Shown piece after piece: positions 34,914 to 47,500 of a DNA stretch of 64,000 nucleotides; the first letter of the stretch is position 1; each line of letters begins with the position of its first letter. Below the pieces are notes generated by a model, which was not told where the DNA came from, ran no database searches, and worked only from the letters and a program-made list of their open reading frames with translations. Location of the stretch: NCBI GenBank assembly GCA_013239625.1, contig MU053758.1, positions 2,977,854 through 3,041,853 on the forward strand. Direction: 5' to 3'. Source of the DNA: Lama guanicoe. Taxonomy: Eukaryota. Both the position numbers and the translations under genes were made by a program.

Positions 34914-37900
34914 GTAAGGTGCCCCTGCCCTGGCACGCCCTCCCTGGGGTGATCCCCTCCAAGAAGCCCCTTCCCCATTCGGGCTGGTCCAGAAAGCTCT
35001 TGAAAAGCCTCTATGAGTTGAGCAGAAGGCAGATACCTGGCAGGGCCCGACTGGCACCGGACAGGGTCAGCCAAGGAAACTGTTATCAAGTCTCCAGCAG
35101 CCTGTTGCCACCATCAAGGAAGACTCTGCCAAATCCCTCCATCTCCAACCTCTCGATGATGCCTATTTGGGAAAAGAGATCTCAATGGTAGTCCTGGCTG
35201 ATGGTGCAAGAGTGGAAAATTAAGTGACCTGGTCTCTCCCGCTGCCTGCAAGGGAGCAGTCTAGGGCCAGATATCTGGAGGATGTGGATGATGGTGCTGG
35301 GGGAAAGGGGGCTTTCTATTCCTGATCCAGAGACCTCCCCTCTCCCTGGGCACAGATGAAACCCCAGGGGTCTGAGAAGCCAGGGCTTGGCCTGTTGACA
35401 TTGAGGTGGGATGCAGTGGGACATGCAAATTAGAAGGACTTTGGTGGTAAGGGGCATCAGAGTGGCTCACCTAGCTCTCTGGATGGTATTGGGAAGGCAG
35501 GGGTCTCTCTGCCAGGCCTGGGCACCTGCTCCTGTCCTGGGACACAGGTTTCCTACTCCTTTCTCCTGGCAGGTGCTGTTAGAAGTGGCAGAAAAGAAAC
35601 AAGTCTTGGCTCCCAGCCCAGAGCTACAGAAACCTAACAGGATAGGAAGTAGAGAAGGAGGGTGGGGGAAAAAGAAAGAGAGAGACAGAGAGGTTTCGAA
35701 GGCCCTTTGCCCTAAACTCATTCTTACACTGTCTCTCTTTCCTTTTCTCAGCGACACTTTCAGTTTCTCCTTATAATCTTTCTCAGCCCTTTTCTTCTTT
35801 CTCTTACTCTTTTGTCCTTTCCTGCTGTGACCCTCCACCTCTGGTTTCACTAGTGAACAGCATTTTCACATTCTCCTTTCCTCACTATCTCCTGCCCATT
35901 ATCAGTGTCTTTCTCTTTCTCTCTCTTTTCCCCTCTTTCTCCTAGCAGCCATGCTTCTCTCACTTTTGCTTGAAGTCTCTTTCCGTCGCTCTTTCTCTCC
36001 GTATCTCTGTCACTGTTTCTCTCTCGGTCTTTGTCCTTGTCTTTCTCTGTTACTTTTGGAATCTATCTAGTGGCCTTTCTCTACCTCTGCCTCTGTTTCC
36101 TGTTCCCCCTCTAACTCTGTTTTGCTCTCCCTGTGCCCCTGTCTGTGTCTGTCTCTTTTCCTGGTGCTTGAAGCTTCCATTGTTGTAGTCCGGATGCTGG
36201 GACTCAGGCCCCAAGCTTCCTGCCTTGGGTCCCAGACCGCTCCACTTCCTCAATCCTCTGCAGCTTGTTAGCCAGAGGAGAGCAGGATGCAGGGAAAACA
36301 GGAAGGAGGTGGACCCCAGGGGTCTGGGCCTCGGGCCTCTCTGCCCTTCCTGCCCCTGGGCAGCAAGAGATGGGTCAGCAGAAAACATTCTAGGAGAAAT
36401 GCCAGCCTGGCACTGGCACATCTGGGAAGCAGGGGTTTGGGGGGGTGTTCCTGGGGGTATAAATCGCTGATCCTGGGGTAGGGATGCCAGTGCTCATGGG
36501 ACAGGAGGGATACTGGGACCAGACCAGACTGGGAATGAGGGCTGAGCCTTTGGGATCCCCAGGTATAATGGATCCACTCCCCCCCCCTCCCTTTGTATTT
36601 CCATCCTCCACCGGCCAGGGGGAATCTGGCATCAGATAAGGTGGCTGCTATTCTCCTCTTCTCTCACCACCTTGGACATGGGGTGGAAGAGCCCTCAGGC
36701 GGTCTTGGGAACCCCTTCTTCCCTGACTGGGTAGGAACACCCCATCCCGTAGTGGAAGAAACTCTGTTCCCCGAGGAGCTTTGGGGGGGTTGCAGGAACA
36801 GTTTGTGATTGTGATGTGGTGGACATCGTGCACACCAAGGAGGCTTTAGGCTCCTTCGAATTACAGGGTCCAGGTCTCTAACGCCCCTCCCCTTTCCCTC
36901 CTTGCCTTGGCCTCCACCCTTGCAGTATAGGTAGATACCAGGAGAGGGAAAGGGGAGGCCTGGAGGACCCTGGGGAAACCAGGTACCTACTCAGCAAGCT
37001 GTTCATCCCCTCTTACCTCCCAGTCATCCCAGAGGTACCGCCTGCCCCGGCCTGGGCCGTACTACATCATGTGAAAGGCGCACCCTAGAGTTGTGCAGTG
37101 GCCCTGCAGGGTCTCTGATGAGACACGGTGGTTTGGCCTCCCTCCCTGCTGTTCTCTTTATCCCACCACTGTCAATAGGCCACTGTCCGTCCTACGGCCC
37201 AAGGCTCAGGCCTTCTTGCGTGGGGAGTAGTTTGGCAGAGGGATCAATCAGACTCTTCTTCCTGCTTTTTCCTCTTGGGGCTGAGCTTCAGCAGGTGACT
37301 GGGGGTGGGCAGTCATTCGGCATGCCCCCTCCCTTAGCCTGCTATGGTCCGGCTGCCTACTCTTTGCTCCAGGGGCAGGTCTCCCCCATCCATCTCCAGG
37401 CTTCCCCCCATCACCACCGCCCTGCCCTCCTCCATGACCCCCTGTCCCAGCTTTCTGAGCCAGAAAAGGTTGTGGATTAACACTGCTCAGGCCATTCGAG
37501 GTGGGGGCGGGGTGGGACATGTGCGTCAGAAGTCCAGGATTGTGCATCAGTGTCCTGACCCTCGACTCTCAGAATCTGGGGGAGTGGACAGTGGGAAGGT
37601 CAGCCTTTGGGTTGGGGAGTTCCCAAGCTGTGCCCTGGGTCCCTCTGGGACAGGGTTAGGGAACAGGCAGGCTGGGTTAATTTTTAGTCAACACAGCAAA
37701 TATTGTCCCCCCTACTTCAGTACTGGGAATCCAGTCATGTCATGGGAACAGGGCCTTCCCAGAAATTCTGTGCCTGGGGGGAGGGGGAAGGAGGAGGAGC
37801 ATGGCTGCTTCACATTTTTCCTTTAGTTTTGGCAAAGCCAGAATTATTGGTGCCTCGGGTATCAGGAGTCTTTCCATTTAAAGACATAGTAGCTGCTGAG

Positions 37901-40900
37901 ATAAGTCTCTTCTCCCCCCAACCCCCTGGTCTACTTCATTTCCTCATCTGTAAAAAGGGGCTGATGGTAGGACCCACCTCACAGGGCTGGGGCATCTGGC
38001 GTGGAGTAAGAGCTCAATACTGGGGCAATGATGAAGATGGTGATGTAGAGGAAGGTGAATGGATTTAAGTGGAAACTTAACTCCTCCGATGCTGGGACTT
38101 TGGGGGACATGCAGGGGAGCAGAGAGAGGTAGGGCGGACTTCGGAGACTTTTGCTGCTGTAAACCCAGGAAGCAGAGGCCCAGCTGTCCTTCTCTGACTT
38201 TTCAGTCTGAAGCCAGCAGCATGGCACAAGGGTGAGGGAGACACCCATTGAGCTAGACCTCAAAGAAAGGCCTGGTACCCGGTGTGGGTGGTCTTGGCTT
38301 CTCCAGACAGAGTCCAGGGAAAGAAGGAAAAAGTCTTTCTTGCAGGTCAGGTGGGTGACCCTCCAGATCATGTCTGGGTAGCTGCGCCTACCTACCTCCC
38401 AGTCTCACCCTGGGTGTCTTGGGTGGGTAGCGGGGCTGGAATCGAGGCGAAATCATAGGGGTGAAATCCAGCAGCAAGAAAGAAGAAACCCTCTGGCTCT
38501 GACTATGAACTTTGCAGCCATTGGTGCCCAAACTGTGAAGCCTCTTCTTTGGGTGTTTTCCCGTTCTCTGTGGCTGGATGTCATTGGCCTCACGCCAATG
38601 GGGCGTGAAGAGGTGACCCGGACTGCCTGTGAAGCTCCACCTCCCAAACAAGCCTTTCAGAGGTCAGGAGGCCTGACCTTTGGAGGAGGGAGGTCAGGCC
38701 TGATTCCAGCTCAAGCTCAGTGGGTTTTTCTAGAGGGTACCACCTGGGTGAGCAGTACCAGCTGGACGTCCTGCATGAGCAGGAAAGTAGCAAGTCTTTA
38801 GTCAGTTTTAGAGAGGAAAACATTTTTTAGAGACTCAAGGCTATGACCCTCACCCACCCAAACCTAGTGCCTAGGGGTGGATCTTGGGGTGGGACCTGAG
38901 TCTGCCGGTTAAACAAGGCTGGGCAAGGAAAAGTTACAGATTAAGTGGAAAGTCAACACCCGGGTGCAGTCGGTATGCTCGGCCCTGGGTCTGTGTCCTG
39001 CCCAGGGCAGGGTCAGAGTGCCTGGGTGCATGTGGGTGTGCACGTGCGGACAAGTGTGTGTCCGGACACGTGATTGTTTGTATATGTTTGTGATTCTTGT
39101 GTCCCAGCCCGTGTCTGAGCTGGCAGGTATGGACAGACTCTGTGTGCCCATGTCCCTGTGAGGATAAGTACGGAGCCACCCTCCCTGTCTGCTGTCTTCT
39201 GCTCTAAGCTGAGACGAGAGCTGGTAATGAGTCTGCTGGGTGGTGGGGAAATCAAGGAGGGGGAGGCCAGGCAGGCTGCCTGCTCGGCTTTCCCCAGCTC
39301 ACTCGCCCATGTGACAGGGGGCCCTGCCGACACAAGAACACGAACCATCCTTCCAGGCTCGCCCTAAGCCCCAGGTAACCCCGGGTTTCAGTGAGCAGAC
39401 CCAGTTGTCCCCCTTAATGGTACTTCTGAAGTTAAGGGATAAACGTTCCAAATATCCCTTCATCATCCCCTGTCTGTCATTTGTGAACTTTGACCCATAG
39501 AAACACAATTTCGGAAAGTTGTCAAACTTCTGCTGCAGATCTCCAGGTCCTTGAGGCCTTTGCCACCGCCCGCACCACACCGCCAGGGCCAGGAGCTCTC
39601 TACCTCCCAAGGCAGCCCCGTGCATTAGAAAAGAAAGCAAACTCAAAGGAAAGACAACAAAAGCCCTCCGGGTTGAGGGGTGCCCTCAAGGTAGTGTCCT
39701 GGGTTGTGGCAAAGGAGTCCCTGTAATCCTTCCGGCCTGTCCCGGTAGAACTGTGCTCCCTCTGTTCCCAGCTCAGCTCAGCCTCTGTCGTCCCCACATT
39801 GTGCTCTAATTCTTTTAGGGCCTCTGTTTCCTTTCTCTCTGATCTCCAGCTCCAGCCTACACCCCTGCAACGCTGTGACCTCATCCACAAGTCTCATGGC
39901 TTTGTGCAAGGCAGACATGGTATGGAGGGGTGGTGGTCACTGGCCAGCCTGGGTCTTCTTGGCTAGAAATTTCTTTGGGAGGGTCTTCAGGGAAGAGCCT
40001 GGATCCCAGATCTCTGGTTCATAGCTGAGGGTGCAGGGTCCATCTTCTCGTGGCCCCCTTGGTGCAGTCCTGGTCTTCGGAAATTTATCCACCTCTTCTT
40101 CTGTTGCCCACACCAGCTGGGAGGGCTTGCTATAGTGGCTTCTCCTTGGTTGACCTTCGGGAACCGGTGTCATCTTTTGGGACAGAAGTCCCCTCCAGAC
40201 TGTCCTTCTTGGGCTGTTAAATATGCAGAAGGAGAGATTGTATCTATCTGCTTCATTGATTCCTCCCCTCTGATTATTTTTTTTCTAAGCCAGCCCTGCA
40301 CCCGTGACAAAACCTCTTCCTATACTTGGTGACTCAATTTTATAAATGTTTGGCGTCGAATCTTGACGAAGACTTTCTGGGGGTCTAGATTCCTCTGTGC
40401 CTGGTTGCCCTTTATCCACATGCTTCCCCTTACCCCCCCCACCCCCAATGAGGAAAATAAAAAGAGAACTAACTCCCCAACTAACTTTGGCTTGGCCAGA
40501 AAAATACCATTTGACCCAGAGGCAGCTCTGGGACTGCTGCCACGCATGGAGGAACCTGCTAACTCCTCAGGAAAAAAAAAATCCTGACGCAAACCAGATG
40601 TAACCTTCTGTTTGGCTGCCAACATCTGGAATGCTGGCCAGGGCTCTGCGCTCTGGTCAGCAGCAAGCTGCCAAGCCCAAGCATTTCAGAGGTGGCGCAG
40701 ATCTGTGGAGAGATCTTGCGTCCTCTTTCTCCAGCTCAGCCCTGCCTTCTGGTTTGGGCTGCCTGGATGGAGGAGCAGTGGTTGCAGTTCTGGGACTTCT
40801 GGATGAGATCTTTCTTGAGTTCAGATAGAGCCCTTAAGAAGCCCTTAAGAGCCCACCTTCAGGGAGAGGGTGGCAGTCCAGCTTCACCACCCCCATCTCC

Positions 40901-43387
40901 AGATCCCCAGTGCCTCGGCTCTGAGCGACAGATACGCTCTGGATGGGGGCTGATGTCTAAGGATGGGAGACTTTGGGGTGGGGGTCTGAAAGGATGTGTG
41001 AGGGTGTTCTCTTGGTCCTGGGGGCTACACAGTGTCACATACGCACACACACACAGTCACACGCAGGCACACACTCTCTCCCGCTTCTTTCCTCCTGTCC
41101 AGCCAATAGAGAGAGTCCTTGGGCCAGATTTCTCATCACTCATGGAAACTTTGATTCTGGCCATTTGGAAGAGGGTCAGCCGAGCCGACAGCCCTGGGGA
41201 TCCCCTGGCTGGCTCAGCCAGATGCTGAAAAGAGCAGGAAAGGAGATGGGAAGAAAGGGCAGACAGAGAGGGGGATGGGAGGAAGAGCTGAATGGAAGAG
41301 GGACAAGATCCGATGTGCCCCCTCCCGCCTGCCTTAGACCTCCCTGCAGGGCCCAGGGGACCCTCCTGCTGTCTGGGCAGCTGCAGCTGGTGACTCATCT
41401 GAGGGCTGGACTGGGTGGGGTGAGGGACAAGTCAAGGACCTCAAGAGGCATATTCTCCTGAGGAGACCCAGGGGAGTAGGGGGGAATCCTGGGTGCTGCT
41501 TTCATTTCTTCCCAATACCTGGCCCCCCACCTCTTCCCCAGCACCAAGCTGGAGTCTCCCCAAGAAGGAGGAAACAGACAGGAGGCTGGGTTGATGTGGG
41601 GCCTTGTCCTTTCCCGGTGCTGACCTCTCCCCATCTTGGCCCAACTGCAGACAAGGACGAGGGTGACCACCCCAACAACAGCTTCAGCCCCTGCAGTGCC
41701 CATGACCGCAGGTGCCTGCAGAAACACTTCGCCAAAATTCGAGACCGGAGCACCAGCGGGGGCAAGATGAAGGTCATCGGGGTGCCTCGGGAGGAAGCCC
41801 GGCCGGTGGTGAGGACCTCTGACCAAATGCGCATGTGCACAGGCCCACCCACCACCACCAGATCTGGATCATGTCCATTCAGCGAACATCCTTTGGATGT
41901 CTGCTGTGTGCCGGATGCACCTAGCACGCATCATCGGGACCCAGAAAGTCCTCCTTCCTATCCTAGACATTGCTTTCCTGCTCATCAGTTCTAGACACTG
42001 GGACAGCTGAAGTTATTGTTAAATACTGAGATCCTTCTGTACTGGTTGGGAAATAGTGGTGGCCTCGAGCCTCCTGATGTTCCTTGGCCCTTCCCATGGA
42101 TCCCCGCACCCCAGAGCTTCTCGGTAACTAAAGGGTTCATGCTGGCTGTAGCAGGGAGCCCTGGGACCCTGCTCCAGGGTCTGGCTAATGTCCTTTCTGA
42201 TGGGTGGTTCTGATGGATCGGTGCCTGGATCTTACAAGCTGTTAATTAAATGATTTCATCCATCCTTCCTGCTTGGAAATCATCCCCTTCCTGTCCTTCT
42301 CCATAGGTTCCCTTTCCCCACGAGATCCCTTCATTTCATATGCCTCCTTTTTAGAAGCTGTGTGACTCAAGATCCTCTTTAAATGTCCCTCTGCTCTGCC
42401 CTGAACCCAAGCCCCTCCTTTTACCTCACTGTGCCCCTGCTTGACCTCCAGGTCTGAACCCTCCTTTCAGAGCCTTCAGTCCTGCCTCTCTGCCTTCTAC
42501 TGAGCAGTTTCCTCTTCCTCCTTTTCCAGCCCCAGGGCTCCTGCCAGAGTGAGCTGCACCGGGCGCTGGAGCGGCTGGCCGCCTCCCAGAGCCGCACCCA
42601 CGAGGACCTCTACATCATCCCCATCCCCAACTGCGACCGCAATGGCAACTTCCACCCTAAGCAGGTGGGTCTCTGTCTCCATCTCTGCTGGCTTGCTCCT
42701 GGCCTCGGCTCCAGGATGTCCAGGATGTCCAGGATGGGGGCTCAGGAAGGAGGAGGCTCCCCATCCCAAACTGCGCCTTGTGGATCCTCCCCAAACCTGC
42801 CACCTGCCTCAGGACCTCAGCTCATTTTGCCCACTCAGTTGTTGGCAGATGAGGAAACTGAGGCCAGGAAAGGGAAGAGGCTGATCCAAAGTCACAGGGC
42901 ACGCAAATGACGGGCCAGTTATTGTACCTGTCCATCCAGGGCTGTTTCTATCACCTCTGTGTTCACCATCTGTGATGCAGACCTGGCACTCCCGCCAACC
43001 TCTGCCCCCCGACACCCTCACGCCCTGCCGTCCATTCCTGTGAGCTGTTCTCCTTGTCCCTGGGTGTCCCCAAACTCTCTGGACCTTTCCTTCTTGGCCA
43101 AGTTTACTGTACTCCAGTCAGCTCAGAGGACCCATACTCAAGAAAGCCTCTGCCCTCAGAGGACATCTTGGAGCAACTGTCTGACTGGGGGGCTGGGCTG
43201 GGATTGGGGCTGGCTGCCTGGGAACTGACCTCTCACACCCTTGCCTTGGCAGTGCCACCCAGCCCTGGATGGGCAGCGCGGCAAATGCTGGTGTGTGGAC
43301 CGGAAGACGGGAGTGAAGCTTCCGGGGGGCCTGGAGCCAAAGGGGGAGCTGGACTGCCACCAGCTGGCTGACAGCTTCCGCGAGTGA
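34565..43387 (+). CDS. IGFBP4: Insulin-like growth factor binding protein 4, complete 4-exon CDS, 258 aa
   Basis: join(34565-34913,41651-41808,42530-42664,43253-43387) = 777 nt. Signal peptide [15 protein letters not shown], mature start [14 protein letters not shown] motif GCGCCATC, thyroglobulin type-1 CWCV, ends DSFRE*. Confidence 0.99.
41651..41808 (+). CDS. IGFBP4: IGFBP4 exon 2 (linker with NNS glycosylation site and KMKV PAPP-A cleavage region)
   Basis: cag|ACAAG...GTG|gtgagg; 158 nt. Confidence 0.97.
42530..42664 (+). CDS. IGFBP4: IGFBP4 exon 3 (PQGSCQSEL...FHPKQ)
   Basis: 135 nt, AG/GT bounded. Confidence 0.97.
43253..43387 (+). CDS. IGFBP4: IGFBP4 exon 4 CDS (CHPALDG...DSFRE*)
   Basis: 135 nt incl. 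TGA; CWCV motif. Confidence 0.97.
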   Translation, partial: CHPALDGQRGKCWCVDRKTGVKLPGGLEPKGELDCHQLADSFRE

Positions 43388-43510
43388 GCCCTGCCAGCAG
43401 GCTGGGGGGCTCAGTGCCCCCTGCTGCCCCCTCCCCTGGCGGCTGCAGAGCTGACCTGGAGCCTGGGTCTGAGTCCTGGCTCTGTCTCTGGCCCAGAAGT
43501 TTCCCTTCGA

Positions 43511-43552
43511 GTGTATGTGTGTGTGTGGTGTGTGTGTGTGTGTGTGTGTGTG
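43511..43552. repeat. Interrupted (TG)n in IGFBP4 3'UTR
   Basis: Directly visible. Confidence 0.9.
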
Positions 43553-43678
43553 TTTATGAGCATGAGTGTGCCTTTGGGGTGAGCCAAAGCCTAGGGGTGT
43601 CCTCTCTGGGCTTAGATAGTCCCAGAGGTCTGTGAGTGGCAACAGGGAGCCCTGGTGTGTTTCCAAATCAATCCTAGA

Positions 43679-43711
43679 TTCATTCATTCATTCATTCATT
43701 CATTCATTCAT
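43679..43711. repeat. (TTCA)n at the end of an L2-like remnant in IGFBP4 3'UTR
   Basis: Directly visible; followed by aaacatttcttgacc...tacctgccag, L2-like. Confidence 0.8.
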
Positions 43712-44542
43712 CCAGCCGTCTGAAAACATTTCTTGACCACATACTACCTGCCAGCTCTAGTTTTCAGCCCTGGGGGCTCCTATTCTGTCTCCTTCTGATT
43801 TAGACATATGGGGCCACCTCCTACAAGGTGAGCACAAGTCTGTGGGACAAGAAGAGTCCCAGTCCCATTATCAGGGGAGGAGAGTAGACAGGGACCTTGA
43901 CCATTGTCCCTCCTTTCAATCTAGTCATAGGGTGGAGGCCATAGAGAAGGTGTAGGGTAGCAGGTAACTCAGTAGTTAGGAGACTCAGACCCAATCACAA
44001 AGCTACGGCCAGCCAGGCTCCCCTTCACATCCTCCCCAGGTCCCTCCACGGAGTAGGACCTGCAGAGAGAAGCCCACCTTTGGGTTGGGTGTTGTACCAT
44101 CAGATTGGTTGCCTGGCAACTGAGACCCTGCCACAGGGGAGGGAAGAGGGTCAGAGGAAGTCCTGCAGGACAGAGGGCTGAAGACGTGGGACCCATCTCT
44201 GAACAGTCAGAATAGGAGGAAAGAATGCACAGTCGGACTTCACGTGCCTGATGGAGAAAAGGAACCGCGTGCTGGGAGGTGAGGGACTTACCTGGGGTCT
44301 TGCTTCTTCCCCCGTTTGTGGTCACAGCCAGGAAGTCACCAAGCTGATTCCATCCTTCAGTGGCTCACTGCCTGTGGCTCTGTCTCCCTCCCCACACCTC
44401 CTTCCCTGGACCTTCCTCCCCTATATTTCCTTACCCCTTGGGCATTTTCTGGCTTGACTGGATGGAAAGAGACTTAGGAACCTACCAGTTGGCTATGATG
44501 TCTTATTTTTTTTTTTTTTTTTTTAAAAAAACAAACCACACA

Positions 44543-44558
44543 NNNNNNNNNNNNNNNN
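44543..44558. other. Assembly gap (16 N) between homopolymer runs
   Basis: N run visible. Confidence 1.
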
Positions 44559-47500
44559 AAAAAAAAAAAAAACCCTAGAAGATAGTGTTTGGTTGATTTA
44601 TTTACAACTAAGGGGCAAGGATGCACGGGGAGTGGGGAGACCTGGTAAAGGACTGCAAAGGGTCAGCCAATTCACCCTCCTCTTCCCTGCAGCCTCTTCC
44701 TAGGGGATTTCTCTGAACCCAAAGCCTGTGCTGTCTGTGTTCAGACTCCTGGTGGGCAAATCATGGCTTCTGAAGAGAGGGAGGGAGCAAGGACAGACCT
44801 GCTGGGCCAGAGCTATTTCTGGGATCTGCTGGTGTGTGAAGCTGGGGCATTTCCTAGGGCATCAGGCAGATTGGGTTTGTGTCTGGATTTGATTTATCAG
44901 TTTAGTTGGGGAGGTACTGCCCTGAAGCTGGGGAAAGAAGGTAAGCTCTCCAACACATTCCACAACTCTGACTGCCTAGATTCCTGACTGCGGGGTTGAG
45001 CTGAGATTTGATTCTGAGGGGTTTGGGCGTGGGGACATCTTTGATCTTGCTCTCCTGGGCTCCCCAGGCTGTGGGCTGTCAGCACCAGCCCCAGAATTGG
45101 TGCTACTAGATTCCTGATCATCTCCCAGTGCTCGCTCCTCACCCACCCTCAACCTCTGGTGTGTGTGTGTGCCTGTGTGCGTGTGTGTGTGACTTCTTGG
45201 ATGGGGCCCCTTCCCAGGAGGTCATGGACAGCCTGGGGACTGCATGGAGTCTGCGGCACTCTGGGGGAGCTCCCTCCAGTCCCACTGTCTCCTGGATACC
45301 TAGCCCTTCCCTGGCTTCTGAGGCCTCTCGATTTCACTGGTCCTTGATGTACTGGCACCTGTGCAGTCTGATTCCTGAGTCTGGGGCTGCCATCCTTATC
45401 TCTGTAGCTCCACCTCAGTGGTGGCTTCTTGCAGCTGCAGGAGATAAACAACAAAGTGACCATCCCTTGGTCCACAGAGCCCTCTGCTTCTGGGGCCAAA
45501 TCCGAGGCAGGCTGGGGGAGGAGGTGAGTGTACGCTGATGATTAAGTTTTAGGTTCCTAAGCCAAGTGTAGAGAGTATCTCTTGCCGAGAGGCATCTCTT
45601 CAAATTCCCCACTCATCTCCAGTTCCCCCTTCCAATGTTCTACCCTTGCATTTTTGGAATGGGTGGGAAGAGGTCCTTTTTTTTTTTTTTTGCCTCATGG
45701 GCCTTTGGAGTTGGGAAAAAAAAAGCTGGGTCTGCTGTGGAAGGAGCTGCACGTGTGACCTGGGATGTGCCTTTGTGATATATTTGTATTTATAGTGTGT
45801 GCATATGGCAAAGTGATATCTGAACTGTGAGTGAGATGCTGGGCTTTTATAGGGCTTGTGTCCCTGGTCTGGGTGTGTGTGGATGTGGTGCATGTTTGTG
45901 TGTTGTGTCTGTGTGGGCTGTGTGGATCTGAGTGTGCATGTGTGGGATGAGAGGAGAAGAATGAAATTCACAGAGTACGTATGTATTTGCCTCCTGGCTG
46001 TGAATGAGTGACTCCCCACTCATTAGATGTCCTCACCGCAGGGTCTGTGGGGAGCGGTCTGGCATCAGAGACTAGAGGATGTGCACTTTGGGAGCAAGAA
46101 TCCCACATCCCACAGAAACGCCCCCTCCCCACCCCTGGTGCTTGCCTCCATGATCTGGGAGCCAGGTCTGAGTTGTCAAAAAAGAAAGGAACAAAAGCAG
46201 CTCCAAGTCCATGTGGACACCCTCTACGGCAGGCCAGAGGAAGTGAACTGTCCTGGGCAGTGTCACGGTGGGGAGAACCAGGCTCTAGAGAGGAATTGCT
46301 GGGCTGCTTTGCACCCAGGCCCTCCCAAATCCCCTTGAATGGTCACTGGAATTGCCTTGGGCATCGGCATCCTGGCAGAGGTAGAAGGGAGGAGGTGGCA
46401 AGGACCCAACTCTTGTGTCCTGGTGGGGCCACCATACCTGGAATAACTTAAAACCAAAGTCCTTGAGTGCTCTGCCCTGCCTCCCCCAAGAAATGTCATT
46501 CCCCCCACTGTGGTTTGGAGCAGGGGGTGGAGGGGGTCCCCTAGCCCAGTGGTGCTGATATGCTTCAAGCATTTGTTTTCCATTCCCCAGCTTATTAGTG
46601 GAGATCAAGACCTGATGTCGGCTGAGGATTGGGGGCTGGGTTTTCCATTGTCAAGAAGGCAAGGTGGGATAGAGAGGGGAAAAAAAAAATAGAGACTTGG
46701 ATTGACTCCTATATTGGATTCAGGTGGGGGAATCTCTGGCGAGCTGGCCAGTCCTCCTAGCCCCTTCTATCTGGGCCCTGAGGTTCCAGCCATGGCCATT
46801 CCTTCAGCTCCTTCCAGGAAAAGGCTGCTTGTCCCAACCCCTCTGTCCTCTGGGCCAGATTCCACTGCTAAGTTACTCCAGGAATGTTATGAGGCATGCC
46901 GGACTTGGGGCTCCTGCTTGGCCCCCCTTTCCTGGGGAGGGGATATGGCTGTGTGGTAAATGACCCTGAAACATTCCTAACTGGAGAAACTCCCCCTGCA
47001 TTTCAGACCCCTATGGCCATGTCACTTCTGACCTAGAAAGAGAAAGTCAAGATGATGTGGTTGGATGGAGCTGGGATGCAGGCTGGCAGCTGGGATCTCG
47101 GGTTGTCATAGGGAAGAGAGGAGGACAGGGGCACTTTGTGAGTCAGGGGAGAGGGTCAAAGGGGAGGAATCATAGTCAAAGGGGAGGAGGGAGTAAATGG
47201 GAACAATAAATGGAGGAGGGACAATGGAGCAGAGTTTTGGGCACATGCATGCCCCGGGCGGGAAGGAGTGGACACCGTGCCAGTCAGCCATGGGTCTAAT
47301 TAGAGCCTCACTGTCAGAGTAACCTGTCCACTCTGGGATCCTGGAAGTTGGGGAGGGTTGGGGGTGTAGAAGTGGGGGTGCTGTAGATAGTTAGAAACAT
47401 ACTCTAATGAGTGAGCAGGCACCACCAGGACCACCTCTCCCCTCACTGCCCCACTCCCTTCCCCAGATCCCCAGCCCCCTCCTCCAAGGTCTGGACAATT

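Noticed and set aside
33961..35089. Long antisense and alternative-frame ORFs (271, 230, 222, 164 aa) over the IGFBP4 promoter and exon 1
   Set aside because: Low-complexity Arg/Gly/Pro/Ala translations expected from stop-poor CpG-island DNA overlapping a real exon; no recognisable domain.
42711..42736. 9-bp repeat (ccaggatgt) x3 and other short tandem repeats as a possible CRISPR-like or functional array
   Set aside because: Simple slippage repeats with no spacers in eukaryotic intron DNA.
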